From a virus (taxonomy: Duplodnaviria; Caudoviricetes): a DNA stretch of 64,000 bases. A program made the position numbers and the translations under genes. Within the stretch, counting starts at the first letter, position 1. Each line of letters starts with the position of its first letter. The stretch covers positions 43,582 through 107,581 of the IMG/VR virus record IMGVR_UViG_3300013121_000018. One strand, given 5' to 3'. This document shows positions 59,767 through 64,000 of the stretch, in pieces. Below the pieces are notes generated by a model. That model was given only the letters and a program-made list of their open reading frames with translations. It ran no database searches and was not told the DNA's origin.

Positions 59767-61761
59767 TTAAACTGTAATCGATGCGTCAGTATCATTTGTT
59801 GTGTTTCCACAAACCGTTGTTCCCTGCACTATTACAGTATTCAAACCTGCAACATTGTATATTGTGAATGTACCTGTAGTACCATCTGTGTAAAGAGTAC
59901 TTTGATAACTTGGTACAGAACCATTTAAAGTAATATAAAAAGAAGAAGAAATACCAACGTAATCAAATTCATAGGTACTGGTTCCATTACCATTGTCTGT
60001 AGCACTTGTAAAACTTATTGATGGTGATTCGCCATTAATTACTGTCAGTGTTGCCACATCGTCATAATCTGGTGAACAGCCTCCTTGATTTAAACAAGTA
60101 AATTCAAATGTGTATGTACCGTAATTAATTCCTGTAAAGTCAACATCTCCACCACCACCGATAAGACCACCTTGAGTAGTATAATCTGGTGATATTGTAG
60201 AAGTTTCTGTAAAAGAATACCCGAAACAATTATCATCTGTAAATTGATCTGCAATATTAAATGTCTTTGTAGCATTACAAGTCAAATCTTTTACAGGTGT
60301 TCTATTAGAACCTACACACGCAGCCCTTACAAAAAAGTTTTGATCTGGAGCAAATGCTCCTTGTGTATTAGCAACTTTATAAGAACATAGATTATTAAAG
60401 GATGCTCCAGGTAAAGTTGTAAATGTAAAGTTATTATCTGTATCTTTTGTAATTAATATCTGTGGATCATTTAATACAATTGCAACAGTTGACCTATCAA
60501 TATCTCCCGTATCATTTGCCAATAAATCTTCAGGGCCAACGACTTGTCCACAAGATGAACAAATAACCTCTGTAACAGTACTAGGAACCGCTATAACGTC
60601 TCTTAATACAGTATCTGTAATATTAATCTGCCCGCCATCATAATCGTTCATAGACCATTTAATAACGTCTGGAACATCGGGTGTAGTTGCTAAATCAGTA
60701 ATTTCATATTGAATATCTCTGTTAGCATCCAAAGTAACATTACCAAAAGCAGGAGTGTTTGTAAAAGTAAATGTAGACCAATCAGGTGTTCCACTTACTC
60801 TTGTTTCAACAGGAATATATTTTATATCTGAAACACTATCATCTGCTGTTAGTTGAATTGTTGTTGGTACACCATCAAATACAGTTCTTGATTCAGAACA
60901 ATCTGGAATAGATACTGTAAGATAACCTACTGTAGATGTTATACCTGCTGTAGTTTTTACAGTATATGTAATTGTTTTTGTCTGTGCTGTTGATAAGCTG
61001 CTACTAATATAAGTAATTAATCCAAAGTTATTGTGTTTAACACATAAACCTGTGGGTACATTAAATGTTAATGTTGACCAATCAATTGTTTGATTTGTAC
61101 ACGGACGACTTTGATAAAATAGATTTAAATTTCTATATTGAGAAACAACATTGTTACACCCTGTAATCGGTGTCGCATCACACAATAATCCAATTCTTTC
61201 AGATGTAGACCAAGTAGGTTGACAAAAGTTATAAGAATAACTCTTTTGTAACATACAACCGTTACCGTCAGTAATTGTTACTTGTATTGTAGTTGATGAT
61301 GGTAATGGTTTTTTAGAATCTAATTCCAATGATAAATAATTATCATTAGGATCGGTATCTTCTATTTTCTTGGTAAAGAGAGTATCGTCGTAATTCCAGT
61401 CATATGTATATGAACCTGAACCACCGGTAGTAGTTGCTACAAATACAAGTTCACCATTTGTTGAAATCGTTGATTGTAAATCACATGGGTTGTCTACTAC
61501 AACAGGTGTAAGTACTGTAGAACAACCATTTGCGTCTACAAAAGCTACACTTACAATTGTTGTATCAATATCATTTTGATATAAGTATTCTACATCTGTT
61601 GAAGCAGAATATTCTCCATTACCTATAGAAGTTGCTGTGCCGGTTACATTACTGAATGTGACATTAGAATTATTACTTGAGTATGTAAATGTATATGGGG
61701 CAGTGCCACCAGACACACTTGCAGAAACGGATATAGTTATCATATTATTATGGGTCATCAA
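59767..61761 (-). CDS. Virion fibre/adhesin-like protein with Ig-like repeats
   Basis: Thr/Cys-rich; GGT.PY.F/Y..., TD.NGC, DLLAND repeats. Confidence 0.7.
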   Translation of the reverse strand: MMTHNNMITISVSASVSGGTAPYTFTYSSNNSNVTFSNVTGTATSIGNGEYSASTDVEYLYQNDIDTTIVSVAFVDANGCSTVLTPVVVDNPCDLQSTISTNGELVFVATTTGGSGSYTYDWNYDDTLFTKKIEDTDPNDNYLSLELDSKKPLPSSTTIQVTITDGNGCMLQKSYSYNFCQPTWSTSERIGLLCDATPITGCNNVVSQYRNLNLFYQSRPCTNQTIDWSTLTFNVPTGLCVKHNNFGLITYISSSLSTAQTKTITYTVKTTAGITSTVGYLTVSIPDCSESRTVFDGVPTTIQLTADDSVSDIKYIPVETRVSGTPDWSTFTFTNTPAFGNVTLDANRDIQYEITDLATTPDVPDVIKWSMNDYDGGQINITDTVLRDVIAVPSTVTEVICSSCGQVVGPEDLLANDTGDIDRSTVAIVLNDPQILITKDTDNNFTFTTLPGASFNNLCSYKVANTQGAFAPDQNFFVRAACVGSNRTPVKDLTCNATKTFNIADQFTDDNCFGYSFTETSTISPDYTTQGGLIGGGGDVDFTGINYGTYTFEFTCLNQGGCSPDYDDVATLTVINGESPSISFTSATDNGNGTSTYEFDYVGISSSFYITLNGSVPSYQSTLYTDGTTGTFTIYNVAGLNTVIVQGTTVCGNTTNDTDASITV

Positions 61762-62017
61762 AGAGTTGTGTTACCACAAGATCACATGATGTATTTATTA
61801 GTGTTTGAGAAGTTGTTAAAGAACAGGATACTGTTGTTTGTCCAATACAAGTTTCAGGTGTATAACAAAGTACTACACCTGTACATCCTAGTTCGTATCT
61901 CATTTGATTGAGAACCATTGATATTAAGGAATCTGTATTTGAAGTTATTCCATATTCTTCTTTCTTAATGTGTGTGTATAGTGCTTCTGTTATATTACAA
62001 TCTAGCATGATTGACAA
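61748..62017 (-). CDS. Small structural protein (possible tail hub subunit)
   Basis: Synteny only. Confidence 0.45.
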   Translation of the reverse strand: MSIMLDCNITEALYTHIKKEEYGITSNTDSLISMVLNQMRYELGCTGVVLCYTPETCIGQTTVSCSLTTSQTLINTSCDLVVTQLFDDP

Positions 62018-62508
62018 GAATTTTGTATATCTACAAGTGAATTATAAATTGTTATTTTTTTATCACATTTACATGCACAATCCTGTGCTGCCAATAATCT
62101 TTTATATTTTTCACCAGCAAGTACCCTTTCCAAAATAGGACGATTTTCATCAAGTAAATATTCGTCTAAATCACAACCAAGGTCTTCTTCTACAAAAATA
62201 CATCCTTCATCTGTTTGAATAGATGCTTCTGATGTTAAAGTAATAATGATATGATAAACTCCTTGAGCAAATTCTGTAGCATCAAAGAATGCAGGATTAA
62301 TACCGTTTGTTCCAGAGTTGTCAAATACATTTGTAACAGAAGTAATTAAATTATCTTCATCGTATGTTTCAGATGTACTATTTGTAGTAGAATTAAAGTA
62401 TATTTGAATTATAATATTGGTGTAATCTCCTTCATTCCCAACAAAGTCAGTAAGAAGTGTGCTTACGACTGTTATTATAGTCCTATCTTCGTTAACTGTT
62501 AAGGTCAT
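62002..62508 (-). CDS. Structural protein (possible tail hub subunit)
   Basis: Synteny; Cys-rich C-terminus. Confidence 0.45.
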   Translation of the reverse strand: MTLTVNEDRTIITVVSTLLTDFVGNEGDYTNIIIQIYFNSTTNSTSETYDEDNLITSVTNVFDNSGTNGINPAFFDATEFAQGVYHIIITLTSEASIQTDEGCIFVEEDLGCDLDEYLLDENRPILERVLAGEKYKRLLAAQDCACKCDKKITIYNSLVDIQNSCQSC

Positions 62509-63419
62509 TAGTTATAAATATTTAATGAAAAACACTCATACTCTCCGTCAAATGAAATCAACGGTTTATACTTATGGTGTTTATATGTTTTATGTAAACT
62601 TTTTTCTTTGGTAAAAACCACTTCTGGGACATCTTCTATTAGATAGATAACTTCATGATTATATGGAATATGATTCATTCGTACTTTAAAATTTGTACTA
62701 ATACCAATTTTAATAAAAGATTCTATTTCATTAAACAACCGTATAATATAACAATATGCTTTTTCAAATCCTTTATTTTTGCAAAAATTTATCCATCCTG
62801 TTTTACTAAATCCGGCATAGTCTTGTGAACATTTTTTACAGCCGTACCCTTTTAAAAAAGAATTTTTCCAAATAATAAAATCTCCGTGTTCTGGGCATGT
62901 AACATTTACTTTATTTCCTGTTGGGGTTTCAACAAAATAGGAATTGTCATAAATATATTTATGACTGTGTACTTCTATAGCTTTTGTTTTAAAGTCTTCA
63001 ATTGTAGTAATATGACTTTCCACACCACATTTATAACAACCTTCTCCTTGTAAATGACACCCTGCTTTTTGTTCAAAAAGCCCATGTTTGGGACATATTA
63101 TTTTTATTTTTGTTATAGAATTAATATAATTAGAATCAGAGTAATCATAAAAATTATTATGAATTATATTGGCTTTTTCTATAAATACATCTGTAGTATG
63201 TGTACGTGATTTGACAGATTTATTTTTTCCGCAGCTAGGACAACCTTGTCCTTTTAAATGCATTTCTGGAGATTGTAAAAACTTCCCGTGTTCTTTACAA
63301 ATTATTTCAACTTTTTCTCTTCCATTTTTACCATACTTAGTATTACAATAATCATACTTATCACCATGTTTAGTAACGGCTCTTTCAATAAACAATTCTG
63401 TAGTTAATTTTTTACTCAT
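62508..63419 (-). CDS. Free-standing putative homing endonuclease (CxxHG repeats plus GIY-YIG-like), paralog of 48193..49140
   Basis: CKEHG/CPKHG/CPEHG repeats; YIIR....ESFIKIGIS; F.G..ECF. Confidence 0.8.
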   Translation of the reverse strand: MSKKLTTELFIERAVTKHGDKYDYCNTKYGKNGREKVEIICKEHGKFLQSPEMHLKGQGCPSCGKNKSVKSRTHTTDVFIEKANIIHNNFYDYSDSNYINSITKIKIICPKHGLFEQKAGCHLQGEGCYKCGVESHITTIEDFKTKAIEVHSHKYIYDNSYFVETPTGNKVNVTCPEHGDFIIWKNSFLKGYGCKKCSQDYAGFSKTGWINFCKNKGFEKAYCYIIRLFNEIESFIKIGISTNFKVRMNHIPYNHEVIYLIEDVPEVVFTKEKSLHKTYKHHKYKPLISFDGEYECFSLNIYN

Positions 63420-63430
63420 TATTATTTTAT

Positions 63431-63652
63431 TTAAGGATTTTCCAAAGGTTTTTTAGTTACTCCAACTTTATCAGCCTCTTTAATCAAGTCCTTGTAGAAC
63501 TTGATGTGACCCTTGAGAGTTTCAAGGTTTGCCTCGCATTGGGCAAGGTTTTGTTCCAATTCTTCGTAGGTGTACTCCTGTACCGACTCCGTGGAGACTG
63601 TTTCCGAGACCCTTAGTTTTCCTTCTTGTGTTTTTGAATGTGTCTTCGGCAT
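63431..63652 (-). CDS. Hypothetical coiled-coil protein
   Basis: TAATG-coupled ORF. Confidence 0.6.
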   Translation of the reverse strand: MPKTHSKTQEGKLRVSETVSTESVQEYTYEELEQNLAQCEANLETLKGHIKFYKDLIKEADKVGVTKKPLENP

Positions 63653-64000
63653 TATGTATTTTTTATTAAGATTAAGTCATATCCAGCAATAACGTCCATG
63701 TTGTTCGCAGTACTGGAACTTATCCTGACCATCAAATCAGATTGTTGTGCAAATGACAATGCACCATAGGGTTCTTCCTCAAAGTGGTCTGCTGTCCCTG
63801 CTGAAAAAGGTCTTCTCAGTCTAGGAGATACAGTTCCCTCTCTGACCCATAGCGCACCGCCAACAATACCCGATGTGTTACCTATGACCCTACAGAACAA
63901 TCTTGTAAGGTAGGCTGTATATCCATAGGGTACTGTATAGGCTGCAACGTTTGTCTGTCCACGGCCTATTGGCATTACACAGAACACGTTTGCAGTCGTC
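63652..64000 (-). CDS. C-terminal part of a probable virion structural protein (5' end outside the window)
   Basis: Frame is open to the window edge; GQT..A.YTVP.G.TAYL beta-rich motif. Confidence 0.6.
   Translation of the reverse strand, partial: TTANVFCVMPIGRGQTNVAAYTVPYGYTAYLTRLFCRVIGNTSGIVGGALWVREGTVSPRLRRPFSAGTADHFEEEPYGALSFAQQSDLMVRISSSTANNMDVIAGYDLILIKNT

Noticed and set aside
1-64000. Stop-codon reassignment (TAG or TGA), as in some crAss-like phages
   Set aside because: Genes are long and intact in code 11, TAG and TGA end genes at sensible positions, and the apparent breaks are explained by introns.
1-64000. CRISPR array, tRNA genes, DGR or retron reverse transcriptase
   Set aside because: No regular repeat-spacer array, cloverleaf or YxDD RT ORF was seen by eye; a tRNAscan-SE run would be needed for certainty.

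Overview
This is a 64-kb AT-rich fragment of a crAss-like (Crassvirales-type) phage genome, probably infecting a Bacteroidota host (TAnnTTTG promoters), in standard genetic code 11. The left arm (+ strand, 1-27189) holds replication and metabolism genes: the C-terminus of a probable PolB, DnaB helicase, Sak4-like ATPase, probable SSB, primase, UDG, resolvase, nucleotidase, dNTP diphosphohydrolase and dUTPase. It also carries a phiEco32-type amidoligase/glutamine-amidotransferase cluster. The right arm (- strand, 27295-64000) is the virion module: cargo proteins, a ~4,500-aa virion RNA polymerase polyprotein, muzzle, ring, IHF-like and hub/fibre proteins, plus an inserted nuclease cassette. The arms converge on back-to-back terminators at ~27.2 kb. 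Three group I introns not resolved by the ORF track each split a catalytic motif: DnaB Walker A (GQGVG|KS), GATase HP|E and RNAP D|FDID. One of them carries an antisense GIY-YIG gene with its own host-type promoter. The most novel candidates are (i) a structured RNA + uORF + repeated 32-aa peptide + terminator element at 24195-24403 in front of nucleotide-catabolism genes, (ii) a NADAR-like domain and a zincin/ART-like insert inside the virion RNAP, (iii) the peptide-ligase cluster, and (iv) a two-copy long-hairpin element. All family calls come from motif recognition by eye; no searches were run.
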